Below are positions 24,818 to 37,900 of a stretch of 64,000 bases of DNA, in pieces. Source of the DNA: Octopus sinensis (Eukaryota); contig NC_043007.1 in the NCBI RefSeq assembly GCF_006345805.1, positions 8,494,001 to 8,558,000 on the forward strand, given 5' to 3'. Position 1 is the first letter of the stretch; each line of letters starts with the position of its first letter. The notes under the pieces are model-generated. The model ran no database searches. It saw only the letters and a program-made list of their open reading frames with translations, and was not told the origin of the DNA. The position numbers and the translations under genes are program-made.

Positions 24818-27800
24818 CTAGAAAGAAAAACAGATTATTACGGCTTTCAGTTGGGTTTCCAGTTAAGAGTTTATTTTACTGTTAATTTGGCAACATGACA
24901 TCATCATCGTTTAACGTCCATTTTCCATGCTGGCATGGGTTGGACAGTTTGACTGAGGACTGGCTGCACAAGGCTCCTGTCTAATCTGGTAAGGTTTCCA
25001 CAGCTGGATGCCCTTCCTAATGCCAACCACTCTGAGAGTGTAGTGGATGGTTTTTATGTGCCACCGGCATGAGATCCAGTCAGGCGGCACTAGCATCAAC
25101 CATGCTAGTATGATGCTTTTTACATACCACCGGCCCTAGCACTGGTGATACGGTTATGGCTGTGTAGTTAAGACTTTTGCTTTGCAACTGCATGGTTCTG
25201 GGCTCAATCCCACCAAGAAGCAATTCAGGGATATCAGCTCTGGACTGACCAAAGCTATGTCAGAGGATTTCATAGATGGATCCTGAAAAATATGACTATG
25301 GTGTGTGTGATCATTATTCAATATCCCCATCAAAACAAAAAAGCAAAGTCATTCATTTGCAATCTTGTATGAAAACATGTCCGGCCACTGTGCTGTTCAT
25401 TATTCAATGGAGAAGTGTCAGTGTTACCTTTTTTGGAAACAAGTAAGGTATTGAGGACAAATAGAGTATCTGGGCACTGAAGATTTGCTTCAATGAATTT
25501 CATTCAACTGGTACAAAAGTAGAGATTAAAATACTGGTGGAAATGATTCCAATATGTACTAAAGACAAAAAACCCTACTACATGTAGCAATAATTGATTA
25601 TTTCCTCACCTGTATGGGCTGAATGTCATTGACATGTGTGCTGATATCCACAAGAAGTTGAGGAACAAACTGCGGTACCTCATACGGATAGGCTTGAATA
25701 CATGCACAGATGCCCAACACACCTGCATGACGCTGAACCAAGAGCTGTAAGCTGACCCCATCTGTACCTGCTGTTTTCAATTTGGTAGAGCTAAGCTTTT
25801 CAAACCGAGACTGAAAGAGTTTAAGAAGAAAATTAATTAAATAAAATAAAAGAAGCAAAGGATTTAAATGAAATCAATTCTGGATAGATTTATGAGTGTA
25901 ACAAAAATTTAGCATAGAACTGGTGAGGTAACACTATACAACACCATCGTTTAACGTCCGTTCTCCATGCTAGCATGGGTTGGACGGTTCGACCGGGGAT
26001 CTGGGAAGCCAGAAGGCTGCACCAGGCTCCAGTCTTATCTGGCAATGTTTCTACAGCTGGATGCCCTTCCTAACACCAACCACTCCGTGAGTGTAGTGGG
26101 TGCTTTTTACGTGCCACCTGCACAGGTGCCAGGCGAGGCTGGCAACGGCCACGGTCGGATTGGTGCATTTTATGTGCCACCGGCACAGAAGCCAGTCGAG
26201 GCGGTGCTGGCATCGGCCACGAGTCGGATAGTGCTTTTTACGTACCACCAGACCAGGGATCCTGGCTGGTTCAATAATTTCTTTCTCATTTTGATACAAA
26301 GCTAGCAATTTTGAGGGGATTACATCAACCCCAGCCCCTGACTGGGACTTATTTTATCAACCCTGCATGAATCTGAAGGAATGCTGCAAAGTATTTTGAC
26401 ATCGATTCTGCCAGCTTTTGCTGCCTTATGGCCTCAAGTTTTGGGCACAAGGCTAGCAATCTTGTGGAGACGGGGTCAGTCAATGATACTGATGCTCAGC
26501 TGAGACTTATTTTATCATCAACCTTGAAAGGATGAAAGACAAAGTCCACCTCAGCAGAATTTGAACTCAGAATAAAGAGCCAAAAGAAATGCTGCAGAGA
26601 ATATTCTTTTTGCCAATTCTCTTGTAACAATAATGATGATAATAATAATCCTATCTACAAAAGGCACAAGGCCTGAAATCTTGCAGGAGGGGGCTAGTGT
26701 TGATTACATCATCGGCAGCACATCATGCCTGGTACATATTGACCTTGTAAAGGACAAAAGGCTAAGTTGACTTCACCAGAATTTGAGCACAGAATGTAAA
26801 GATGGATGGAATGCCTCTAGACATTTTGTCTAGTGCATTAAGAATTCTGCCAACTCACAATTTCAGGACACTGCAAATTGCGAGGAAATGAATTACTGCT
26901 TGAAGATATAGCTTGACCCCTTCAAAGCATTTAGTTACCATTGTTTCTTCTGCCGATGACCAAGATTTTCTAGTCAACAACACAAATCTACAGAAAATCC
27001 TAGAAATCAATTTTCTACGGATAGTTTAATCTTTGTCCTTCATCGTTGTCGTTTAACATCCGCTTTCCATGCTGGCATGGGTTGGACGGTTTGACTGAGG
27101 ACTGGTGAGCCAGAAGGCTGCACCAGGCTTCAATCTGATCTGGCAAAGTTTCTACAGCTGGATGCCCTTCCTAATCCTTCATTTGTGCCATTTTGTCATT
27201 ATGGAAATTTTACAGTTAATTATCAAATATTACTTACTAAAAGATTGTCATCAATTTTTAGGAAACCACAGTGAAGCAAACCACTCAGTGTCTCTGATGC
27301 TGTCTCTCGGACCTAAAAGAAGAAAGGAGAAAACATTTTGTAGATCTCAGAGCTACTCAACACTTTTAGACAAAATGAGTTTAGGCCATAACCGTTCCAT
27401 TGACAAAAACTTTCAAAAGAGAAACATTGCTGTGTTGTAATGAGGTTCATTCTATAAGCATGAGGTTTTGGGTTCCATTAGACAAGTGGTTTCTATTATA
27501 GCTGCAAGCTGATTGATGACTTGGGAGTGGAACTGGTAGACAAAAACTGTACTGAAGCCCATCACATGCTTTGTGTGTGTGTGTTATCATTTGTCTTCAC
27601 ACTGGCACCATGTATGCCCTGTAGCTCAGCAGCTTCACCATGTGGAATAACTTTATTTAAAAAATAGACAAGGATTGACAAAATGAAGGGCATCAGGCCA
27701 TAGAATACAGTCTCAATAAGACTCATGCTAGCTTGGTAAAAGCAGTTGTAGTAAAAATGTTGATGATGCGGTGGTTTCAAAAATACTTGGACTGTGAACA

Positions 27801-29533
27801 AGCCACTCATAAAATGCAAACACCTTTGACTGATTTAGTGAATATGGTATTGGCCGACCAGCTCAAAGCTCTGAAGCCTAAACCCACTGCAGACTTGACA
27901 TGCTTCAAAAACCTGTACAATATCCTCTGGCAATGGATAGCATCCAACCCAAGAGAAGCTTTATTTCTCATATAAACATAATGAAGCTGGACCTAACCAA
28001 GCCATTTCTGGTTTCTAAAGACATTTATCAGTGTAGCCGGCAGGTGAATTCTACTGCATAGGGTTAGATTGAACAGGAATTAAAGAATCACATTTCGAAT
28101 GGGTCACTGACAGTGTGTGTCGGTTTTATGTTTTCTCCTCAATCACCCCACAACTTTTTGAGCTATTCTTCTTTCTGAATTACTCCCATGTCTCTCACTT
28201 TACCCTGCTCTTAATTGTACTTCCACCCTTGTTCATCACTCACTAACATCCACCACACCCTCATCTTTAACCATCACTTACTCCCTTCACCTCACTCTCT
28301 CCCCTTCCTGAAGATTTGCTCTGGCACACCATCACCACTTACCCTTCTATGAAATAAGGGGTAGCCATGTATCTCCTCTTTACCAAGAGCTCTCTGCTTG
28401 GACTGCTATCTTAATTTAACTTTTCAACAACTGTCGGTGCCACCTTCTCCTCTCATATACTTCCAACTTAGTAGGGAGAGCATTTTCCTTTTCCCCTTTC
28501 TTTTTCTATCCTGCAAGTTACTTAGCAATCTTACACGGGCTAATAGCAAGAAAAAAAAAGCACCCAGTCAACTCTGTAAAGTGGTTGGCATCAGGAAGGA
28601 CATCCAGCCATACAAATGGTACCAAAGCTCACACTGGAGCTTGACATGACCTTGTGGTTTGCTGATAACGCCCTTCACCCCATGATTGCATGGGTTAGAC
28701 AAAAGTATACTGGAGCAGAGTTTTCTCCACTTAAAAACCCTTCTCAATGCCAATCCCTCATCCATTTCCAAGAAAGGTAATAATCTCCCAGTCTATGAAA
28801 CAATGAACAACCCTGATGTGCTGATAGTGAGAACTGGAAACAAGCAACACCTGGAATTTCTTCTTTATTTGTTTGCTAAGCGTCATACATGGAAGAATTT
28901 CCAATTTGGTATTTCTAAGAAATGAAAATGAAGAGAACAAAATAGAAAACTGTTTACCTCTAATCTTTCATTGCAGATAAGTGTCATTATAAACTCCTGG
29001 ACTTGTTGTACATATTCAGGTTGATGCATGGTGAAAAAATTGTTGAAGATTAAAGCTTGCAGGAAACTAAGGACTGCAGTTTTGGCATGCCACGAGGGTA
29101 GTGTTGCAACTTCACCTATTTTCTCCATAGCAACAGAAATGACAGACGGCGCTATGGTGGCCTGGGCAAGATTGGCCAAAGCATGCAGACATTCTTTTTG
29201 AAGTTCTTCCTCCTGAACTTGGCTAACAAGGCTGCAAAACTGGAAAGCATTTTCTTACAGATATAAATTATGAAAATGTCACATAAAAGAACAAAATCTA
29301 GAATGATGGAAAGATATCAAATAAACACACCATCAGATGAACTTTTTGGTGCAATGCTTTCACCACTTGGTGACCAGGACAAATTCCATTCCTAAAATAC
29401 ATTCCCATAATCTTACAAAAATCTTGATACTGTAGAAGCTATTCATAGCATTTTTTAATAAAGATTTGAACACTCCTTAAAGGCAGTGGTTGTCTTCAAT
29501 TAGCTGAAATCATCCTTGCAATTTGAACATTTC

Positions 29534-29564
<31 letters not shown>

Positions 29565-30269
29565 TGTGTGTGTGTGTGTGCGTAATTTTTGTTCCTATAT
29601 CTTGGAGTTGGAATAGTGATGGTCATCTTACTGGTATCTCTAATTTGATATGGGACGAAGTGAATGACATACACCGATCAAGTATTTTATCTGTTTTGTG
29701 TGATCTAGAGAAGCCGTGTCTACGCTTGAGGCTAACAACCTGCCTGGACCACGGAGCATTCTGGATCTCACTACTTTATTATCATGTATGTGTGTGTGTG
29801 TATTTACAGATTTGCATACACCTATAAGGGTAGTAGACCCTCTTTATTGCCACCACCACCTGGTATTTAGAGGCCTTTAGGGGAGTCCACTGTTGCAAGC
29901 ATTGAGACCAAACCTGTGGTTTGAGGACCCCGTCCTCCTTCCCAACAATCTTGGAGCCTGATATAAACAGACATGCACACACACACACACCAGTGCATGG
30001 CGTTTTGGGTCAACCCTAGCCTTGTAAGTAAATTTGGATAAAAGGAAACTGTGCAGAAGCCTATGTAGAAGACAACATGTCCCTTAATTCAAAGCAGACC
30101 AGCACTGTCATCTTGTGTCATGTTGATTCTACTTGAATTAGATTAAGGATTCATATGTCTGTGGAATACTGAGTCACTTTGCATGCAAACTGAATAAGAT
30201 ATCCACTTGATTGAACAACTAGACATATTAAAAACAAAGACAGGTCATCATGTGTGTGTGTATGTATGT

Positions 30270-30303
<34 letters not shown>

Positions 30304-33300
30304 ATACTTGCATGTTTATGAGTTTACATAGAAAAATATGCAGCCATTGATAAGCATCCCCCTATAGCCTAGGTAACTGCCATGAAACCATGGTATGGAA
30401 TAGCCTTGACACCCAATAACATACACACAATACGTGAATATGAAAATACGAACACGTGTGTCTGCCTGGAAGTGTCTCACAGCAGAAGCAAAACTAAATA
30501 TACTTACTATTGGCAGAAATCCAAACAGTTCTTCCGTGACATTATTTAACATAGAGTTGAAAGTCAACACAAACCATTTCAGAACTGTAATTAAAACAAA
30601 CAATTTATTTACAAACATAGTTTACCTTTGCTATTAATTTCCCATTATTAATTTATAGTCAGTTTATACAAGATGCAATCACGAAACCTGCTCAAAATAG
30701 AAGCCAAGACACCCTCAAACCATATCCTATGGTCTTAAAAAAGGGCTCCATGGATGTGATTCTTGATGGATGCCGTTGGGGATGGGGAGTGTGTGTGTGT
30801 GCATAAATTTGCATACACTTTATAAGGGTAATAGACTTACCGTCCCTTCTTTCCTGCCACCAGTAGGATAGTCAAGGCTGGAATATCTTTCATCATGTTT
30901 GCTCAATGAGGACTGACCTGGGGTTAAGCAATAACAACTTGTTATTACTGCCCAATTACTTGCTACTAACAGTTTTTCGTAGTAATAGTAGTGGTGGTGT
31001 TTAACCCCAGGTTAATCCTGATCAAAAGGACCCAAGACCAAAGACATTCCAGCCTTGATCATCCTGTCTTCAAAAACAGTGCATCTAAAACCTCACGTGG
31101 CTTTCCTTTTAAGATTGTAGGATTTAATTTAAAGCATGACCTTCGAACATTGGGCCTCACAGAGGCAATGACAAGAGCCCGAGACCTTTGGAGATATGCT
31201 GTGATTGAGAAGATGTACATACACTCACAGGCACACACAACTGGCTTTTTTCAGTTTCTGTCTAACAAATCCACTGACAAAGCTTTGGACAGCCTGGTGC
31301 TATAGCTGAAGAAACTTGCTCAAAGTGTCAGGCATTAGGTTTCAACACAGCACCATGTTGTTGCAAAACAACCTCCACAAGCTTCTGAACCACACAGCCA
31401 CACCTGCACCGACATCATAAATGATAAAAGCCTCCTCCTCCTTTCTATTGTCTATTGTCCATGTTGGCATGGGTCCGAGCTGCACCAGGTTCCCGTCTGT
31501 TTCTACAGATGGATGCCCTTCCTAATGCCTACCACTCTGACAGTGTAGTGGGTGCTTTTAACGTGACACCAGCACAAGTGCTTTTACATGGCAGCAACAC
31601 AAGTGCTTTTTATGTGGTACCGGTGCAGGACTCTTGCAGACCAATCCTCTTCACCAGGAAGAGTGGCCTTAACTCTTCTGCTGTGGAGGATGGGTTTTCT
31701 TGAGTACAAATATATTTGTGATACAGGCACACAGCCAGAAATTGGGAGGGATGGGTTAGTTTGACTGAACTGACTCCAGTATTCTTTTATTTGTTTCAGT
31801 CATTTCACTGCAGCCATGCTGGAGCACTGCCTTTAGTTGAAGAAATCGACCCCAGGACTTATTCTTTGTAAGACTGGTACTTATCCTAGCAGTCTATTTT
31901 GCCAAACTACTAAGTTACAGGGACATTGGTTGTCATGTAATTGTGGGGGGACATATTCATATATATATATATACACACACACACACAATGGGCTTCTTTC
32001 AGTTTCCACCTACCAAATCCAGGGCTGAGGGTATAGCAGAAGACACTTGCCCAAGGTGCCACACAGTGGGACTGAATCCGGAACCATGTGGTTGGGAAGC
32101 AAGCTCCTTGCCACCCCTTGAGTAATACTATATTTTATCAGCCCACCCCCCTCCACTTCCTGTGGAATGAAAGGTAGCATTGATCTCAGCTGGTTTGAAA
32201 CTCTAAAGACAAATAGCAGGAACCAATACCACAAGGCATTTCCTTTGACAGTAACAATTTCTTCTAATCCACAACCAAACTTAAATTGGGATCAAGTAAT
32301 CACAAGAAAGCAGGATACACCTGATTTGAACAGGTGTTGCTATAACAACAACATATATATGGTCCTTCTTTTTTAATATGAGATCAAATTTCGCTGATTT
32401 TAATGGTAAAGACTGAGACACAACAAAAGCCAGTCCTCGAAATTAAGTACAACACAAAGTGACGAGACTGACCGAGGATAACATTGACCACTTACTAGTT
32501 TTACAGATTCGAATTAAAGTGTTCTTCTCTTCCGACTCTTCTCCACCACTGTACTGGTTTACTGAAGAAATACACTTCGTAGTTGATGTGTAGCCATTGG
32601 GAGGTAATGACATGCCATCTTCACCTGAAATGGTAATTACATTGAAGAGAAAGTTGAACAACACCAATGATAATGATTTCAAATTTTTGCCATAAGGGCA
32701 GCCTGGAGGTGGGGATTAAGTTGATTACATTGACCCCAGAGCGTAACTGGTACTTATTTAATTGACCCCAAAAGAATGAAAGGCAAAGTCGACCTCGGTG
32801 GAATTTGAACTCACAAAGTAATGACAGGTGAAATACCTGTTTCTTTATTGCCCATAAGGAGCCAAACATAGAGGGGACAAACAAGTACAGACAAACGAAT
32901 TAAGTCGATTACATCGACCCCAGTGCGTCACTGGTACTTAATTTATTGACCCCGAAAGGATGAAAGGTAAAGTCGACATCGGCGGAATTTGAACTCAGAA
33001 CGCAGTGGCAGACGAAATACCACAAAGCATTTCGACCAGCCTGCTAATGTTTCTGCCACTAAGCATTTCACCTGGCTCGCTAACGATTCTGCCTGCTCGC
33101 TGCTGTTGCCACTGCCGCCACCACTACCGCAATAATAAATAACGGTAGATGGAAAAAGAAACAAAACTAAAAAGAATGAAGTAATGGCCAGAGATGTGCA
33201 AAGAACTTTTCTGTGACCAACATAGAATCAGATTCCTAAAAGAGATTGATAATAAATAATTTTGACTTGTGTGCGTGACTTAATCTGTTGCCTGGTTTCA

Positions 33301-34866
33301 CATCACCAACTGGTCTTTGAGAGTCATTGGCAGAGTCTAGCTATTTGGAAGCATTTGGACTTAGTGTGAAGATAACTCCCCGAGTTGTGGGGGATGGGTC
33401 ACTTGCCCCACCTGCACCCCTTCACCTCTGCTAGTCTCAGAGGCAGAACAGTCAAGCTTGTGGTAATCTAAGTCATACAAAAGAATAATAAGAGCAGAAC
33501 AGAATACTTACTTATGGCCCTGGGGCAGACTGACATTTGATCCGTAAGCAAGCACAGTTGAACTAATACTGCCAGCAACCTATAACATGGTTTAAGACTG
33601 CATCCCAAAGTCCAGCCATCTTCTTCTAAGTCAGAAATGTATCAGCTCCTAACAATTACTGACATTCTACAGAATTCAGTGGGAGTTCACTATTTGCATT
33701 TAACATTTATGCAGGCTTCACATGAGCTGTTTCTGTTTGTGGAGTGTTGTGGTTTTTGTATTGTTTCGTAGAGCAATACTAAAAGAAACTGATGGATCTT
33801 CGGCCACCTTTGGTTACATTCGTACTTGTTCATGGGATATTGGCCAGGTTAATAAGATACTGAGATTTCTTAGTTGTAAGTTCAAATTCATTTCTGGTTA
33901 CAATATTTTTCTCTGTATTGTCTCTCATTCCACTACCAAAGGGTAGGTTCCTGACTATCTAAGAACATACCTTTGATAGACTGGCACCTTAATCAAGGAA
34001 AGATTTCTCTCTCACTGATATGGTATCATAAAAACCAGAGCTCAAACACCAGCTTTTAAAAGCTCTTTGGAGTTTAGGAGGCCAACACCTAAATTTTTAT
34101 CTGGGTAAATATTTTCATACCTCCCCTAGACTTTGCACATGATGAAATGGTTGGTTTCATATCAATTACACCATTATGAATAACAAAATTCATTGAAAAA
34201 TTTTCAAATACCTTTTAAAAAGTTGCTGTCTTCATATATATTCTTCAGAGGATCTAACTGAGCTAATATCTTCTCAACAAACGATTTTCGGAGAGGTAGG
34301 AAAGACTTGCAAGTTGGTGTCATTTTGTAATCATAAAGAAAGATATAGCATAAAACACTGTAAAAAGAAAACAGAATGGTTTTTAGTTTATCTTCAAAGA
34401 ATGGCAACATTGCTTGAAATGTTGTTATTCATGTCTACCCACAGCATATAACTGTAAACCTTCCTAAATGAATACTGTTGGCACAGACCACCCTAAACTC
34501 TGATTTATATTTACTTGAGATAATAACTTATACATTATGACCAATTTACTCTAAGTTTCATTTATTCATTTGGAAATACACAAGAAATAGTTAACAGCAT
34601 TCTAAAAGTAATAAACTGATCATCAAAGTCCACCTTTTGCTGAAAAGATCAAACAAGATTGAAGCAGGATCAAAAGCCTCAATAATGTAAGTCATTTCAC
34701 CATCTTATAACTGATTTTTTTTGCCTACTGCCAAGGGTTGTACTCACTTTGTTATGGTTAGATTTTACAGTCATAGCTCCTTCCTCTGATGACAACTCAT
34801 TCCTGTTTTCAAGTAACGTATTTTATATTTCACAACTTCACATGAAATACCAAGCTGCCAGACCTC

Positions 34867-34903
<37 letters not shown>

Positions 34904-37900
34904 CAATGTCAATGTGAAGACGTGGAGACAAACACACACATAAACATACACACGTATACACTATGATAGACCTCTGCACCGTTTCTCCTCTACCAAATTT
35001 CACTTACAAGACATTGGTCAACTTGAGACTCTAGAAGGCTAATAACACTTGCCCAAGGTACCATGTAGTGGGACTGAACCTGAAACAACCTGGTTGCACA
35101 GTGGACTTAACCACACAGTCATGACTACACAAACTGATGCACCTTGCTGCACAATTACTTCTCGTTAACCTATTTAATGTAGGAAGGATTAAATATTTTA
35201 ATTTCAGTCTAAGCTTGCTTTGATATTGCATAAATCTGATAAGCTAATAAGAACTAATCTTTGCCAATAATCTGTCGTAAAGTTTTTGGTTCAATTTAAT
35301 GGCTTTATTTTGGTTTATTTACATTTATTTTCTTTGATTTCAATAAGTTTCTTTGCTGATAAAGTTATCAAACTTGAGTGATATTCAATATTTCATTTGC
35401 AGCATTACATACATTTGATATTCCCACCTAAATGTGAATAACCATGTGGTTCTCCTACAAGAACTTGTTCTGCTTTACCCGCTTTTCCCATGCCATAACC
35501 CTCATCTGTTAGCACGAAACTTCTCCCTTAGGGTTTTGCAGGCTTCTAAGCTGCATGGTGACTTCAATAGTGTCAGTGGCTTGAGAAAAGCACCCTGGCC
35601 AGGCTGTAAAGTGGTTGACATTTGGAAGGACATCCAGTTGGAGAAACCATGCTAAAACAGACATTGAAGTATGATGCAGTCCTTGGGGCCATCCGGTCAA
35701 ACTGCCCAACCCATGATGCCAACATGGAACATGGACATTAGACGATAATAATGAAAATGTAGAGTGAGGAAAGGGTGCAGAAAGAACTTGTAAAATGAGA
35801 TTTAAACAGAAATAAAAATACATAAGTACTTACCAGCCAATACGATCTCGAACATTCTTGTAAGGATGATCAAGGAAATTTTCCAAATAATTCAAAAGTT
35901 TCCCTAATAATTCTGATACTCTCCATTCTTGAGACATCAAGGCATTTTGCAAACTGTATATTCGACTAAACAATAAAAAGCAAACAAGTGAGAAAGAGAA
36001 AGAGAGAGGTGGAAAGTAGAAGTAATAATATTAATTCAGTGAAATAAGAAAACAAAATCACTTAGAATATTTTGGGATTCACATTTTTGTTTTTTTTTGG
36101 TTTGATCAGTCAATCTGAGTACAGTGACTGAGATGATTGAAGACCAAGGAGTAACTGAAGGTCCAATTGTGATAATCTAACATCTTCATGTATGTTATTC
36201 CATCAATCCTGTTTTGTCTAACTCAGTCAGAGAAGGAAATCACAACTACTATTGCTGCTACAAATCAAAACAGGGTGCGAGTGTTCGCAACAGAGTGGAC
36301 GCCACTAGAGATGTCCTAGGATCAGATGCTGTAAGTGATGGTGGTCATAAGCCAAGCATTGAATCAAGGCTACCACACAAGATTACATACAAAAACCACC
36401 TAATAGACTGACACAGCTTCTCTACATCCAGTTTCACTCACAACGGTTGGGTTGACCTGATACTAGGGCAGAAGATGCTTATACAGATCTATGTACAGTA
36501 GGACTGAACCTTGAACCTCGAGAGTACAAAGTGATCATCTTAACCACTTGGCCACACTTACCCTCCATAAGTTGAAGTCAGTATTTTAAGTTACTGGAAG
36601 ATCTTAGCAATTAAGTTTGAAATGATACTCTCCATTGCCACAACAGTATACTTCCTTAAACTATGAATGTTGCACTTACAAAGGTTCAAGCAAAACAGGA
36701 ATGGCATCACCAACCTCACTGGTCTAATGGGGACCACAAAGGCCATACACACATCATCTTTCTTTCAAAAACAGCAAGTTGAAAAAAAAAAATTGGAGCA
36801 GAAATCTAAATTACCCTTAGGATTAGGACTTGGTGTGGATGGTTTTTATCTTTTAAGAAGATAAAGGAAAATTTAGTTAATCTCCAAGCAGAGCATGTGA
36901 TCCAAGAACTTGTTTTATAAAAAACAAAAACAGTTTAGCTGTGGTGTTTAACCCTTTTGATATCAATCCATGTGGAGCCACCTTGGTTCTAAGATACAAA
37001 TTTCAGGATTTAAAGATTTCATCAAAATTTAATTTCAATTTATGTTCCAAGTGTCATTAAATAACAAAGTAATTTTAATAAATTCTGCATGATTTTCAAA
37101 GTCAATTGAAACAACGAACGCAGTGTATTTCGACAGAAATATGGCAACCAAGGTGTAGAGACACTTTGCTTAGAATTCAGAAAATCCAAGATATTTAATG
37201 CAAGAGATGCCTCAGGAAGAATTCATATAACAAATCCAAAAGTGGCAAGCTGGCAGAATCATTAGCACACTGGGAAAAAATGCTCAGCAGCATCTCATCT
37301 GTCTTTATGTTCTGAGTTCAAATTCTTCCAAGGTCAACTTTGCCTTTTATCCTTTCATGGTCGATAAATTAAGTACCAGTAAAACACTGGAGTCGATGTA
37401 ATCAACTAGTCCCTTCCTCCAAAATTTCAGGCATTGTGCATTTAGTAGAAAAGATGTTACAGATCCAAAGATTTATGAAATAATTAAATCTATTAATGCC
37501 AAACTGTTGTGTCAATGGCCAGTGCTTCCTTAGCTCGAGTTAAAAGACAGTTTCTTTTTCAGTTCCAACTGGATCCTAGAGGAGGCATAATTCATAGAGT
37601 GTGATATATAACCTATGTGATATTCTACAGCATTGACCAGTAAACTCACCTTGCATCTCCTAATGAACCACCTTCTCCATTAATTGGATTTTCCATTAGT
37701 AATTCATATATTGGATAAAGTTTTCTGGGATCACGATTTTCCTGAAATTCAAAGAAATTGAACAAATATTTTACAAAGTTGATATTTCACATAAATCTGG
37801 CAACAAAATTTACAAAAACAATTTCACACATCTATAGAAATGGCTCCTTTAAATCAAGGGTTCACAACCACTTTGATAGCACAGTGCTCCATTTCTCTAA

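Noticed and set aside
33512-33640. Possible extra PSME4 exon ending at a GTAAGT donor (33511)
   Set aside because: No acceptor found in the required phase before a stop, no PA200 similarity, and flanking exons already join in frame
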